From the NCBI GenBank assembly GCA_963665845.2, contig OY762492.1:800001-864000 (forward strand): a DNA stretch of 64,000 bases. Reading direction: 5' to 3'. A program made the position numbers and the translations under genes. The DNA is from Candidatus Poribacteria bacterium (GTDB lineage: Bacteria; Poribacteria; WGA-4E; GCA-2687025). The notes beneath the pieces were generated by a model. That model saw nothing but the letters and a program-made list of their open reading frames with translations, did no database searches and was not told the origin of the DNA. Shown here one piece after another: positions 18,933-28,945 of this stretch (position 1 is the stretch's first letter; each line of letters begins with the position of its first letter).

Positions 18933-20489
18933 CTAAAACAGCCCCTGCTGCATCCGCTTGCCCGTGTACGGGTTGGTCATCGGCGGGAGAGGGCATGGGC
19001 GGTTGTTGAAATAGTCGTCCATTGACCAGAGAAGCAGCCGCTGATACGATTGACCGCGGACGACGATCGTACCCTGCTCCACGGCGTTCGATTTTGCAGT
19101 CGCCGACGCGACAGGATCCAATGTGATGAAGCGTCCGATCGCCGCCTCGTCGCTGTTGATGACGCCGATAAAGTCGCGCAGCGCGCCGGCGGTGAACTTA
19201 CCGCCCTTCACCTGCGCCAGCGCGAGACGCGAATCCCAATCGTCCGGCTCGTCATACAGCATGCCGCGGCCGTCCACGCCGCCGTCCGCCACCTGCTTCG
19301 TGTTCGGCGCGAAACCTGGAAGGCGCGTCACCGCCCAGGATTCAAACTCAAACGGCTTCTCGCGCGCCAACTTGCGCGCCGACTCCAGATCGGCGGGAAT
19401 GCCCTTGACAGGGATCGACTCATCCTGCAGCCGCTGCTGAACGAGATCGATGGCGAAGGAGCTGATGTCGACGCCAGCCCAGCGGCGGTTGAGACGGCGC
19501 GCCGCTTCCACCGCTGTGCCGCAGCCGCAAAACGGATCCAGGACAATATCGCCTTCGTTGGACGACGCCTCAATAATGCGGTTTAACAGCGCCAGCGGCT
19601 TTTGCGTCGGGTAGCCTAAGCGTTCGCGCTGATTTGCCGTGAGGACATTTATATCTGACCATACGTTCGTCATTAGGCGCCCTGGAACATCAGCCAGGTA
19701 TCGCTTGCGTCTGGGAATTCCCTTGTCGTTAAAAACGAGCAGACCTTCGCGCTCATATTTCAACATCGTTTCTTTTGAATACCGCCATTGGCGGACGTTC
19801 CCATGAAACTCATAGACCATATTTGGCCTGTGAGCGTTATTCGTGCATGATGTGGTCGTGTATCGTCCGCGTTCATCTTCGAAGCGATAGTCGCGCTCAA
19901 CCTGACGCGGATTTAAGGGGTCGTATTGCGGATTCCATGTCCATGTTTTGCCTTTAGTGTAGTAGAAAAGCGTTTCTGACGCGCGACGCCATTTCTTTCG
20001 CGATAAGTTTTCCGCGCTGCGATTCCACACAATTTCATTGCGGAAATTGCGCCTGTCGAAGATAGCGTCCATGACGGTTTTAAGGTAGTGGCTGGCAGTC
20101 GAATCGCAGTGGAGGTAGATGGAGCCTGTCGGTTTCAGGATACGGCGCATCTCCTCTAGACGCTCCGCCATGTAGGTCAGGTACGCCAACATTCCGGAGC
20201 GGCCGAGTATGCGGCGCAGCCCGACGATGGCGTCATGCGCAAGGCGTCCGGGGGCGTTTTCAAACTCCGCATACCGTTTGGCGGCCGCGGCGTCCCAGCT
20301 CCATGTATCGCTGAAGGCGCGGTATTGCGCTTTTCCGTCGCCTTTATCGCTGAAGAGGACGTTGTAATTCGCGTTGGAATTGAACGGCGGGTCAAGATAA
20401 ATCAGGTCGACGCAGTCCGATTCCCACTCGCGCATCCAGTCTAGGCAGTCGCCGTAGTAGAGGGTGTCGGGGTTGAAGTCTTGCGCCAT
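18933..20489 (-). CDS. beta-class N6/N4 DNA methyltransferase fused to Mrr-like restriction endonuclease domain
   Basis: LIYLDPPF precedes YPTQKP and VLDPFCGCGT; C-terminal FESWA...DGGVDG...AQVKGG; start at MAQDFNP. Confidence 0.88.
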   Translation of the reverse strand: MAQDFNPDTLYYGDCLDWMREWESDCVDLIYLDPPFNSNANYNVLFSDKGDGKAQYRAFSDTWSWDAAAAKRYAEFENAPGRLAHDAIVGLRRILGRSGMLAYLTYMAERLEEMRRILKPTGSIYLHCDSTASHYLKTVMDAIFDRRNFRNEIVWNRSAENLSRKKWRRASETLFYYTKGKTWTWNPQYDPLNPRQVERDYRFEDERGRYTTTSCTNNAHRPNMVYEFHGNVRQWRYSKETMLKYEREGLLVFNDKGIPRRKRYLADVPGRLMTNVWSDINVLTANQRERLGYPTQKPLALLNRIIEASSNEGDIVLDPFCGCGTAVEAARRLNRRWAGVDISSFAIDLVQQRLQDESIPVKGIPADLESARKLAREKPFEFESWAVTRLPGFAPNTKQVADGGVDGRGMLYDEPDDWDSRLALAQVKGGKFTAGALRDFIGVINSDEAAIGRFITLDPVASATAKSNAVEQGTIVVRGQSYQRLLLWSMDDYFNNRPCPLPPMTNPYTGKRMQQGLF

Positions 20490-20658
20490 GGTCCGCCTTT
20501 CGCGCGATTCCTGTTTGCCGTTTTGGGCAGTATGCCAAAGGCGGGCTGTTTGCGCAACTGCTTTCCTCGCGGGCTGCCTCAATAGGCGATGGGCTGGTTT
20601 TAGAACCGCTTTGGAATGTGTAGGCTGTCTAGAAATACTCTGGATTCCCGCTTGCGCG

Positions 20659-20827
20659 GGAATGACCCCCGTTTTCACGGGGGCAGGCTATTTGGAGGCG
20701 GAATGACCCCCGTTTTCACGGGGGCAGGCTATATGGGGCGGAATGACCCCCGTTTTCACGGGGGCAGGCTATTGGAGGCGGAATGACCCCCGTTTTCACG
20801 GGGGCAGGCTATTGGAGGCGGAATGAC
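20659..20827 (+). repeat. tandem array of four 40-41-bp hairpin units
   Basis: GGAATGACCCCCGTTTTCACGGGGGCAGGCTA(T)TGGAGGC x4, growing out of a REP at about 20643-20666. Confidence 0.9.
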
Positions 20828-20830
20828 GAA

Positions 20831-22453
20831 TTATTCAGCGGGGCGGCGAATAACGACCGAGCGGTTGACAGACGTCTCTACAGGCGCTGACGTTTGCCCG
20901 TCGCGCCAGCGAACCGAAACGGAGGCGCGCCGCGCGTCCCCGACGCCAAACAGCAGCCGCATGTCGGAATGGGAGCCGTAGCTGCCGTCGCCGACCGGCT
21001 CGTCGATGACCGCCGTTCCGCCCTCCGCCGTCAACTGAACGCGCGCGCCCTGCGCCCATTGCGTCGGCTCCAGAACGACGCGAATCCATCCGTTCAGGTT
21101 GCCTCCGTCGTTGCGGTAGAGCGCCGCCTGCCCATGCAGGTTGTTGACCAGTATATCGATGTCGCCGTCGTTGTCGATGTCGCCGAACGCGGCGCCTCGG
21201 CTCACCGCTGGGAGAGAAACGTCCCCGCTCCGCGCCGACACATCCTCAAAGGTTCCGTCTCCCCGATTTCGGAATGTCAGCTGCGGCTGCGCATACACGC
21301 CGCTCTCCGACCATTCCGCGATGTTGTCATGCAGATGCCCGTTGGCGATGAAGATGTCTTTCCAGCCGTCGTTGTCAAAATCGGCAAACGCGCAGCCCCA
21401 TGACAGCTTCGGCAGGCTTGGGACGGCGATCTCGGAGGGGAAGGAAACGTCCGTGAAAAACCCGTCCGGATCGTTGCGGTACAGCGCGTTCACCTGGTCT
21501 TGAAAATTCGTCACGAGCAGGTCGAGCCGCCCGTCGTTGTTGAAGTCGGCGAGGTCGACCCCCATCCCGTTTCCCATCGCGGCGTCTTCGGTCAAGGCGG
21601 TTCCGGCGATGAAACCGATCTCGTCGAAGGTTCCGTCGCCGTTGTTTTGGTAGAGAAAGTCGGGGTTCATGTCGTTGGCGATGAACAGGTCGGCGTCGCC
21701 GTCGTTGTCGTAGTCGGCCGCGGCGGCGGCGAGTCCCCGCCCCTCAAACAAGATCCGCGCTTCGTTGGAGATGTCGGTGAAGGTTCCGTCGCCGTTGTTT
21801 CGGTAAAGGGCGTCCTGCAGCGGCAAAAACCGCTCCGGCCCGCAGTACACCCGTATTTTGTCTAGGGCGCACTCGTCCAGCTCTTTTTGATAGTCGATGT
21901 AGTTGACGACAAACAGGTCCAGGTCGCCGTCGTTTTCCATGTCGAAGAAGACGGCGGCGGAGCTCCACCGCGGATCGGCGACGCCCGCTTCCTGCGCGGC
22001 GTCGGTGAAGGTTCCGTCGCCGTTGTTTCGGTAAAGGGCGTTCTGGCGGAAGTTGCATACGTAAAGGTCTTCCCATCCGTCCCCGTTGTAGTCGCCGACC
22101 GCCGTTCCGACGCCGAAGCCGCTGCCCCCGACGCCCGCTTCCTCCGTCGCGTCTATGAACATTTGGATGGCGCCGGAGCCTTGATTTTTGAAAAGCTTAT
22201 TGGGCGCGCCGTTTTCTTGAAAATCGCCCGCGTTCACCAGATAGATGTCAAGCAGCCCGTCCCGGTTGTAATCGAAAAGCGCGCAGCCGGAGCCGAGCGT
22301 TTCGGGCAGCCGCCGTTCGCCTTTCGCGCCGTTGTCATGCTGAAAAGAGACGCCCGCTTCCTGCGCAATCTCTTTAAAGGCGACCCATGCCTCCGCCGTT
22401 GAGAGAACGGTTAAGGCGAACGCGCATATGCAGGCGCCGAGCGCGCGCTTCAT
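20831..22453 (-). CDS. CRTAC1-like FG-GAP/ASPIC-UnbV protein
   Basis: Repeated DYNxDGxxD and LYRNNGDGTF; SRGAAFGDIDNDGDID; ASPIC-type GSYGS..LLFGVG. Confidence 0.92.
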   Translation of the reverse strand: MKRALGACICAFALTVLSTAEAWVAFKEIAQEAGVSFQHDNGAKGERRLPETLGSGCALFDYNRDGLLDIYLVNAGDFQENGAPNKLFKNQGSGAIQMFIDATEEAGVGGSGFGVGTAVGDYNGDGWEDLYVCNFRQNALYRNNGDGTFTDAAQEAGVADPRWSSAAVFFDMENDGDLDLFVVNYIDYQKELDECALDKIRVYCGPERFLPLQDALYRNNGDGTFTDISNEARILFEGRGLAAAAADYDNDGDADLFIANDMNPDFLYQNNGDGTFDEIGFIAGTALTEDAAMGNGMGVDLADFNNDGRLDLLVTNFQDQVNALYRNDPDGFFTDVSFPSEIAVPSLPKLSWGCAFADFDNDGWKDIFIANGHLHDNIAEWSESGVYAQPQLTFRNRGDGTFEDVSARSGDVSLPAVSRGAAFGDIDNDGDIDILVNNLHGQAALYRNDGGNLNGWIRVVLEPTQWAQGARVQLTAEGGTAVIDEPVGDGSYGSHSDMRLLFGVGDARRASVSVRWRDGQTSAPVETSVNRSVVIRRPAE

Positions 22454-24045
22454 CGTTTCGCCCGCGTTTCGATGAACTTCCGCGCCGAGAGCACATCCGG
22501 ATGCTGCGCGTCTTTTTGAAGAGCTTCACCCAGAAGGCGGCGCGCCGCGTCCGCCTCTCCGCGGGCATGTCGCGCGACAGCATACGCCGCGGCGCTTTCG
22601 GCGCTCTGCGCGGCTTCATGCGCCTCTTCAGACAACTTCAGCGCTTCGTCCAGGCTTCGCCCGTTTTCCGCCAGAAGACGCGCTAGGTCGATCTTTGGAA
22701 ACGGCGACGCCGGCGCGATGCGCATGCTGGCGCGGAAGTCGCTTTCCGCCTCCGCCGTTTTGCCGAGCCTCGACAAAGCCCTTCCCCTGCGCCATAAACC
22801 GGGCGCCCATTCCGCGTTTCTTTTCAGCGCCTCGTTGAGCGTTTGAACCGCCTCCTCCATCCGATTTTGCGCCTCAAAAACGCGCGTCAGCTGCTGATAG
22901 GCGTCGGTCATATCGGGACTTAACTGAATCGTTTGGCGGAAAAGCCGCTCCGCCTCGTTCATCCGCCCGCTTTGGAATTCGCACACGCCGAGATACAGCA
23001 GCGCTTGGGGCGAGTTCGGCTCCAGTTTCAGCGCCGTTTGAAACTCGGCGCGCGCCCGTTTCAGATGTCCCAAGCGCAGATAGCAGAACGCGAGGTCGCG
23101 CCGAGGAACGGCGTAAAGCGGATCCGTTTCAACGGCGGGAAGCAGACGGGCCAGCGCGCTCTTCCATTCTTTTCGGCGCATGTAGTTCAGCGCCTGAACG
23201 TAATAGGTCTCCGACTTGGCGCGGCGATACTTTTGAAGCGCTTTTTGATAACCTTCGCGGTCGCCGAGGCGGAGCATCGTCTGCGCGGCGGCGTAATGGT
23301 AGGTCGGTTCATACGGATCCAGCTCGGCGGCGCGCAGATACCGGTCGCGCGCCGCGTAGAGGCTCCCGCGCCGCTGCGCGATCTGCGCCCGTCCAAAAAA
23401 CGCCTTTGCGTTGCGCGGGTTCAGCTTGAGGGCGAGGCGGTATTGTTCGTCCGCTTCGTCCAGGCGGTTGAGGCGGAGCATCGCCGAGGCGAGGTTATGG
23501 CGCCCGGCGGCGTTGTTCGGTTCTATTTCAAGCGCTTTTCGGCACCATTCCGCCGCTTTCTCATGCTGATTTCGCTGCGAGGCGATGGTACCTAAGGAAA
23601 GCATCCATGAGGCGCGGCGCATTTGAGCGTCCGTTTCAAGGGCGCGGAGATACGAAGCCTCCGCCTCTTTATGCCGTTCAAGCCGCATGAGCGCGTCCCC
23701 CAGCTCGCCGAGGAGCGACCCGTGGTGCGGCAGCGCGTCGGAGGCGATGCGGTAATGTTTCACGGCAAGCGCGTTTTTGTCCAGATGCGCGGCGGACGCG
23801 GCGGCGCCGATATGCGCCAGCGGAATCTCTGGATGCGCCTTTTCTATGTCAAGGTACAATTTCAGCGCCAGTTCATATTTTTGGGCGGCATACGCCTCTT
23901 CAGCCTGCTTGACCAACTGCGCGGTCTCTTCAGGATATTTGGACGGGTCCCATGCTTCCCTGCGGGCATTCTGCTCCGCGCTTAAAAGGAGGCATGCGGA
24001 CAGCAAGACAGCCGCCGCGATGATGTTCGCCGCTCTGCGTTTCAT
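22450..24045 (-). CDS. secreted multi-TPR protein
   Basis: Signal peptide and many TPRs (ALEIEPNNA, ALKLNPRNA, ALKLEPNSP). Confidence 0.9.
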   Translation of the reverse strand: MKRRAANIIAAAVLLSACLLLSAEQNARREAWDPSKYPEETAQLVKQAEEAYAAQKYELALKLYLDIEKAHPEIPLAHIGAAASAAHLDKNALAVKHYRIASDALPHHGSLLGELGDALMRLERHKEAEASYLRALETDAQMRRASWMLSLGTIASQRNQHEKAAEWCRKALEIEPNNAAGRHNLASAMLRLNRLDEADEQYRLALKLNPRNAKAFFGRAQIAQRRGSLYAARDRYLRAAELDPYEPTYHYAAAQTMLRLGDREGYQKALQKYRRAKSETYYVQALNYMRRKEWKSALARLLPAVETDPLYAVPRRDLAFCYLRLGHLKRARAEFQTALKLEPNSPQALLYLGVCEFQSGRMNEAERLFRQTIQLSPDMTDAYQQLTRVFEAQNRMEEAVQTLNEALKRNAEWAPGLWRRGRALSRLGKTAEAESDFRASMRIAPASPFPKIDLARLLAENGRSLDEALKLSEEAHEAAQSAESAAAYAVARHARGEADAARRLLGEALQKDAQHPDVLSARKFIETRAKR

Positions 24046-24097
24046 ACGAACAGCATAGCGCCTTTGGGCGGGCATGTGAATCGCGTTCGCATTGGGC

Positions 24098-24249
24098 AGT
24101 ACCTAACAGGCGATGACGTTCATTTTTTGCGCGACGGCCCGCCGATCCAAACCGTCATTCCCGCGCAAGCGGGAATCCAGAGTTTTTTCAGACAGCCTCC
24201 GCATTCTAAAACGGCGCTCTAAAAATCGAAATCATCGTCTATAGAGACT
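24098..24249. mobile_element. MITE-like element type B
   Basis: Inverted homolog of 10731..10879 with internal REP. Confidence 0.7.
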
Positions 24250-24267
24250 GCCGCGTTGAGGTTCGCT

Positions 24268-24296
24268 TTGCGCTTTGCCGCCAGGTTGTGTATAAT
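24268..24296 (+). promoter_or_regulatory. sigma70-type promoter
   Basis: TTGCGC-17-TATAAT. Confidence 0.6.
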
Positions 24297-24368
24297 AGAA
24301 ACAGGTATGCAGCCAAAACGCTGCATTCAACAGAAGAACGCGCACACACTCAACACGCATAGGAAAGC

Positions 24369-25700
24369 ATGATGCGCACCATTGCCGCTCTTTTTCTCGC
24401 CTCCGCCGCGCTTGTCAACCTTCACGCCGCCAGCCATGGCGACCATGCCGACGAAGCGTTTCAGCAGCTGAAAAAAACGAACGACGCTTACGCCGCCATC
24501 GACAAAGGCTCTTTCGAATGGAAAAAAACCCTCAGCTTCAACACCCCGCAAGGCAGCCGCGCCATTGAACAGCTCAGCCAGACCGACACGCTGGAGCTCT
24601 CCTCTGACAATCTCGCCCGATCCTCCAGCAGCATGGAGAATCCTGCCGGGCCCGAACTGCTGGACGCCGTTCTGATCAGTAACGGCAGCTTTTGGATCGC
24701 ATCGCCCGATTTTGGGGAGATCATGAAGACCGACTCCGCGCAGATTCGGACCGGATTTGCCGCATACACCTTTGCGGACAAAAACGGCGGATTTGCAACC
24801 AGCGGCCTCCCAGAATCCCCCCATTCCATTGACGAGATTGCCGTTCTGGAACTGCTGCCGGACGAAACGCTGGAGCTGAACGGAACCGAAAAAACATACA
24901 AAACGCTCAAAGTGTCGATCCAACCAGGCGCGCATGACAAGGCGCTGCAAAGGGCGTTTAGAGAGAAGGTGGGCAGACTCGGAATACTCCATGCGTTCCT
25001 TAATGTTGACCTGTATGAGATGAGCATGATTCAGTTCCATGTAGAAGAGCCGCCCATGGAAGCGACTCTCTGGATCGATCCTGAAACAAACCTCATCGCA
25101 AAACAGACCTTCGACGTTTCCGTCACCGCGAACGAACAGAAGCTCACCTTCACCTACAACATCGTTCAGAAAAGCGCATCGCTCAACGAGGATCCGCCCG
25201 CCGAACGGTTCGAGCCGGATCCGAAATGGAAAATGGTGGAGGAGTTCGGTCAACTGAAACCGGAAGTCGGCAAGCCGGCCATCGACTTCACGCTCAAAGA
25301 TCTGAGCGGCGGCGAGGCGACCATCTCCGATCTGAAAGGCAATGTCGTCGTTCTCGACTTCTGGGCGACATGGTGCGGTCCCTGCATCCAAGCGATGCCG
25401 CATCTCCAAAAGCTGTACGAAGCGTACAAGGATGACGGGCTGCTTGTCTACGGGGTCAACCAGGAGGATCCTCAAAAACCCGCGGAATTCTTAGAAGCGG
25501 GCGGATACACCTTCCCGACCTTCATCAACGCAAAAACCGCTTTCGTCCGATACCATATCAGCGGCATACCCGCCACCTATGTGATTGACCGCGACGGAAC
25601 CCTTGTCAACCACATCGTGGGATACGGCGGGGAAGACGACAAACGGCTTGAAGAAGCGTTGGAAAAAGCGCTCGCCAAAGGCTCTGAAGAAGCGGAATAA
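24369..25700 (+). CDS. TlpA-like redoxin with N-terminal LolA/DUF2092-like region
   Basis: Signal peptide; AIDFTLKDL, VVLDFWATWCGPC, GIPATYVID. Confidence 0.9.
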   Translation: MMRTIAALFLASAALVNLHAASHGDHADEAFQQLKKTNDAYAAIDKGSFEWKKTLSFNTPQGSRAIEQLSQTDTLELSSDNLARSSSSMENPAGPELLDAVLISNGSFWIASPDFGEIMKTDSAQIRTGFAAYTFADKNGGFATSGLPESPHSIDEIAVLELLPDETLELNGTEKTYKTLKVSIQPGAHDKALQRAFREKVGRLGILHAFLNVDLYEMSMIQFHVEEPPMEATLWIDPETNLIAKQTFDVSVTANEQKLTFTYNIVQKSASLNEDPPAERFEPDPKWKMVEEFGQLKPEVGKPAIDFTLKDLSGGEATISDLKGNVVVLDFWATWCGPCIQAMPHLQKLYEAYKDDGLLVYGVNQEDPQKPAEFLEAGGYTFPTFINAKTAFVRYHISGIPATYVIDRDGTLVNHIVGYGGEDDKRLEEALEKALAKGSEEAE

Positions 25701-25704
25701 AACC

Positions 25705-25900
25705 GCGCCGGGTCCGATTCCCCCTTGAAAAGGAGGGCTAGGGGGGTTTAAGCCGGCAACGGCTGCGACGGTTAAGATTCCCGCTTACGCGGGAATGACG
25801 ATCAGCGCCGAGTCCGATCCCCCCTTGAAAAGGGGGAGGGGGGTTTAAAGTGCCGGCAACGGCTGCGGCGGTTAAGATTCCCGCTTACGCGGGAATGACG
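25705..25900 (+). repeat. two tandem composite palindromic units (BIME-like)
   Basis: CCCCCTTGAAAAGG(G/A)GG...GGGGTTT plus AGATTCCCGCTTACGCGGGAATGACG repeated twice between convergent genes. Confidence 0.85.
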
Positions 25901-25952
25901 ACCTGTGGCGCGCTGGAGGGGAAGGCTTAATGCCGACCCCTCCAGCCAGCGC

Positions 25953-27218
25953 TCATTTCTCCCCAATCGCGTAAAGCGCCTTGTAGGTGCGGATGTAGAG
26001 CCGCCCGTTTGAAACGGCCATGGAGGCGGAGGCGGTTTCGCCCATGTCGCTGAACCCTGCGGGTTCATATGTCCGCCCAGCCTTTACCGCCGTGACGACT
26101 CCTCTTCTGGAAATCAGGTAGATTTTACCGTCCGCATAGACAGGGGATGAGCGGTAGTCGCCGCGCGCCGCTTCCACATTGTAGACCTCCTCGCCCGTTT
26201 CGCCGTCCACGCAGACCAGAAAGCCGTTGATTCGGCAGATATACACCAGCCCGTCGTAGATGAGCGGCGAGGGAACGTCGCCTGTCGTGTCGACTTTCCA
26301 CTTGAAGTTCACATTCGCTTTCAGCGGCCCTTTCAAGCCGACCGTCGGTCCGCGTTTCGCTGTCGGGATGACGACGAGGCCGTCCCGCGCGACCGGCGAC
26401 GCCACAAAGCGGAAACCCGAATTGTAACTGCTTTGCGGATTCAAGCCGCCGAGGCGCCACAGCTCTTCGCCGTCCTCCAGGGCATGCCCCGTCGCGTAAT
26501 CCGCGCCATGTACAATGAGCGACTCATGCCCGTCCGCGCGCCATAAAAACGGAGAGGCGTACGACTGCTTCGATTCGCCGCGCGCGTCGCTGCCGCGTTT
26601 ATACCGCCAGATCTCCTTGCCGCCGCTTTTGTCAAGCGCGACGACCAGCGAGTCGCGGGCGTGGATCAGCTGCAGATAGAGCCTGCCGCCGTCCAAAACA
26701 GGCGTGGAGGCGAAGGTGAACCCCATCTCAATGCGCCCGTACCTTTTTTCTAGGTCCAAAGCCCATACTTCGCCGCCTTTGAAGTCGTAGCAGGCGAGGT
26801 CGCCGTTGCTGGCGAACGCCCAGACATGTTTGCCGTCCGTGACGGGCGAGGGGGAGGCGGCGTTTCCGTCTCCGCCGCGCGCCGACCAGTTTTCATCCGC
26901 AAAGCTTTTTTGCCACAGGATGCCGCCGTCCAGGTTGAGGCAGAGCAGCGCCACCTCCTCCTTGTCGGGCAGTCCGGCAGTCAAAAAGATGCGGTCTTCC
27001 CAGACGATCGGGGTCGCGCCTGCCGCGCCGGGCAGTTCGCGCCGCCATAGAATGTTCTTTTCGGTCGACCATTCGGCGGGCAGGTTCGTTTCAAGGCTCA
27101 CGCCGTCGCTGGTCGGTCCGCGCCAGTTGGGCCAGTTTTCCGCCTCGGCATGCCGCGGAACGATGAACGCCGCCGCGCACAGAACCGCCGCGATCCATGT
27201 TGTATGACGCATGCTCAA
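25953..27218 (-). CDS. PQQ-like beta-propeller protein (BamB-like)
   Basis: ENWPNWRGP, NILWRRELPG, SPV/SPL repeats. Confidence 0.9.
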   Translation of the reverse strand: MSMRHTTWIAAVLCAAAFIVPRHAEAENWPNWRGPTSDGVSLETNLPAEWSTEKNILWRRELPGAAGATPIVWEDRIFLTAGLPDKEEVALLCLNLDGGILWQKSFADENWSARGGDGNAASPSPVTDGKHVWAFASNGDLACYDFKGGEVWALDLEKRYGRIEMGFTFASTPVLDGGRLYLQLIHARDSLVVALDKSGGKEIWRYKRGSDARGESKQSYASPFLWRADGHESLIVHGADYATGHALEDGEELWRLGGLNPQSSYNSGFRFVASPVARDGLVVIPTAKRGPTVGLKGPLKANVNFKWKVDTTGDVPSPLIYDGLVYICRINGFLVCVDGETGEEVYNVEAARGDYRSSPVYADGKIYLISRRGVVTAVKAGRTYEPAGFSDMGETASASMAVSNGRLYIRTYKALYAIGEK

Positions 27219-27226
27219 ACTCCTTT

Positions 27227-28510
27227 TTACTCTGACGCGCGCAGGCAGTAAAGCGACTTTTCGCCGCGCAGGTAGATGTCGCCGCCGAGAATGATCGGCG
27301 ACGCGCTGAACTTGTCCTCCAGCATGTTGACGCGGAGCAGCTCAAACTTCGGTCCTGCCTTCAAAACGAAGGTGAACCCGTCCCGCGTCGGAATATACAC
27401 GCGCCCCGCCGCGCCGGCGGGAGAGGCGTACACCATATCGTCCGCCCCGTCCAGCCTGACCGGCCCGAAAAGCAGATCGCCGCTCAGGGCGTCCCGCGCC
27501 GAGATGTATGCAGGCCGCTTGTGGTAGTAAAGAATGTTCTGGTAAAGCAGCGGCGACGGAACATACGGCGTGTCCCTGTCCGCCTCCCAGACGACCGCGT
27601 CCGTTCCCGTAATATCGCCCTTCGCCTTGTCCAGATCGATCGCCAGCAGGGCGTGTCTGCGGAAGCCGCTCGTCAAATAGACCATGTTGTCCTGCGCGAC
27701 GGGCGACGGAATGGCGTTTCCCGTCATGCCTTTGCATGACCAGAGCAGGCTGCCGTCGCTGAGATCGTAGCTGCGTATATCGTTTGTGCCGTTCACGACC
27801 GCCTGCGCCGTTCCGTTGCGCTGCACGATGAGCGGGGTTGTCCAGCTGGTGGGTTCGTCGCGCGGCTCTCTCCATATTTCGTCGCCGCTGTTTTTGTTGA
27901 AGGCGGCGATGAACGAGTCGCCTTCATGATCCCACAAGATGAGAAGCGTCTCGCCATGCAGGGCGGGCGAGGAGCCTTCGCCGAAGCGGTTGCGGGTGGT
28001 CATTGTTCCGAGGTCTTTGCTCCATTTGAGGTTGCCGTCCAGGTCGTATGCGAACAGTCCGTAGGAGCCGAAATGCGCGATCAGTACGCTGCCGTCTGTG
28101 GCGGCGGAGGCGGAGGCAAGGGTGTTGGTGCCGTGTCCCCTTTCGTTTTTGGGAAGGGAGACGGCCGTTTTGCTCCACACTTCGCTTCCGTCGCTTCGGT
28201 TGTAGGCGGAGACGATGAAATCGTAATTGCCGCCGTTTCGGGCGGAGGAGAGTACATAGATGCGCTCTTCCCAAACGGCGGGGGTGGAGTGTCCGACGCC
28301 TGGGAGAGGGATTTTCCATTGGACGTTTTGCGTTTCGCTCCATTCGATGGGCGGGTTGGCGTGTCCGTCGGCGGCGCCGGTGGAGAGGGGACCGCGCCAT
28401 TGCGGCCAGTTTTCATTTTCGTTTTCATTTTCATGCGCTTCATGGCCGGCGGAGAGCGCCGCGCCTATCGGCAGCATGAGGAGCAGTAAGGCGAGAGCGA
28501 AGCGTTTCAT
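27227..28510 (-). CDS. PQQ-like beta-propeller protein (BamB-like)
   Basis: Start MKRFALALLL; ENWPQWRGP, NVQWKIPLPGVGHSTP, YVPSPLL. Confidence 0.9.
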   Translation of the reverse strand: MKRFALALLLLMLPIGAALSAGHEAHENENENENWPQWRGPLSTGAADGHANPPIEWSETQNVQWKIPLPGVGHSTPAVWEERIYVLSSARNGGNYDFIVSAYNRSDGSEVWSKTAVSLPKNERGHGTNTLASASAATDGSVLIAHFGSYGLFAYDLDGNLKWSKDLGTMTTRNRFGEGSSPALHGETLLILWDHEGDSFIAAFNKNSGDEIWREPRDEPTSWTTPLIVQRNGTAQAVVNGTNDIRSYDLSDGSLLWSCKGMTGNAIPSPVAQDNMVYLTSGFRRHALLAIDLDKAKGDITGTDAVVWEADRDTPYVPSPLLYQNILYYHKRPAYISARDALSGDLLFGPVRLDGADDMVYASPAGAAGRVYIPTRDGFTFVLKAGPKFELLRVNMLEDKFSASPIILGGDIYLRGEKSLYCLRASE

Positions 28511-28737
28511 GAGCGTCTTTCTTCCATGATGAGTCGCGTTCGATGCGGCATTGGCGTTCACATGCGCATCATACCGCGCCGCAGCGCCGAACGCAAGCGA
28601 CAGGAGAGAGACGGTACGCTTATCTCGTCATTCCCGCGCAAGCGGGAATCTTAAAAGCTAGATATTTCGATCAAACGCCGCTTGAACGTACTAGAGAGAG
28701 TTTTGTTTTTAAAGCAGGGAGCGGCGGCTAAAATGGA

Positions 28738-28812
28738 TGGGGCGGGCGATGGGACTTGAACCCACGACCCTCAGCTTGGGAAGCTGACGCTCTACCGCTG
28801 AGCTACGCCCGC
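28738..28812 (-). tRNA. tRNA-Gly(CCC)
   Basis: GCGGGCGTAGCTCAGCGGTAGAGCGTCAGCTTCCCAAGCTGAGGGTCGTGGGTTCAAGTCCCATCGCCCGCCCCA; full cloverleaf, encoded CCA; TTGACG...TAACAT promoter upstream. Confidence 0.97.
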
Positions 28813-28945
28813 GCCGTTTTATGTATGTTAACCGAAAGGCGGGCGCGGCGTCAACTGGATCGACTCGCCGGCAGTACGCTCATGCGGCGCCTTAAGATTC
28901 CCGCGCGTTACATTTTACCGCAGGCCAAGGGCGGGAATGGCGCGG

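Noticed and set aside
20490-20678. N-terminal extension of the methyltransferase (VIPAQAGIQ)
   Set aside because: Translation of a REP; the real start is more likely 20489. Extensions of dnaJ, fmt, the SDR, the PorV-like gene and the 60934 gene were trimmed for similar overlap or repeat reasons.
20659-20827. Possible CRISPR array
   Set aside because: Units are contiguous with no unique spacers, and there are no cas genes in the window.
28600-28740. Prophage or island integrated at tRNA-Gly
   Set aside because: No integrase and no longer duplicate of the tRNA 3' end found in the window.
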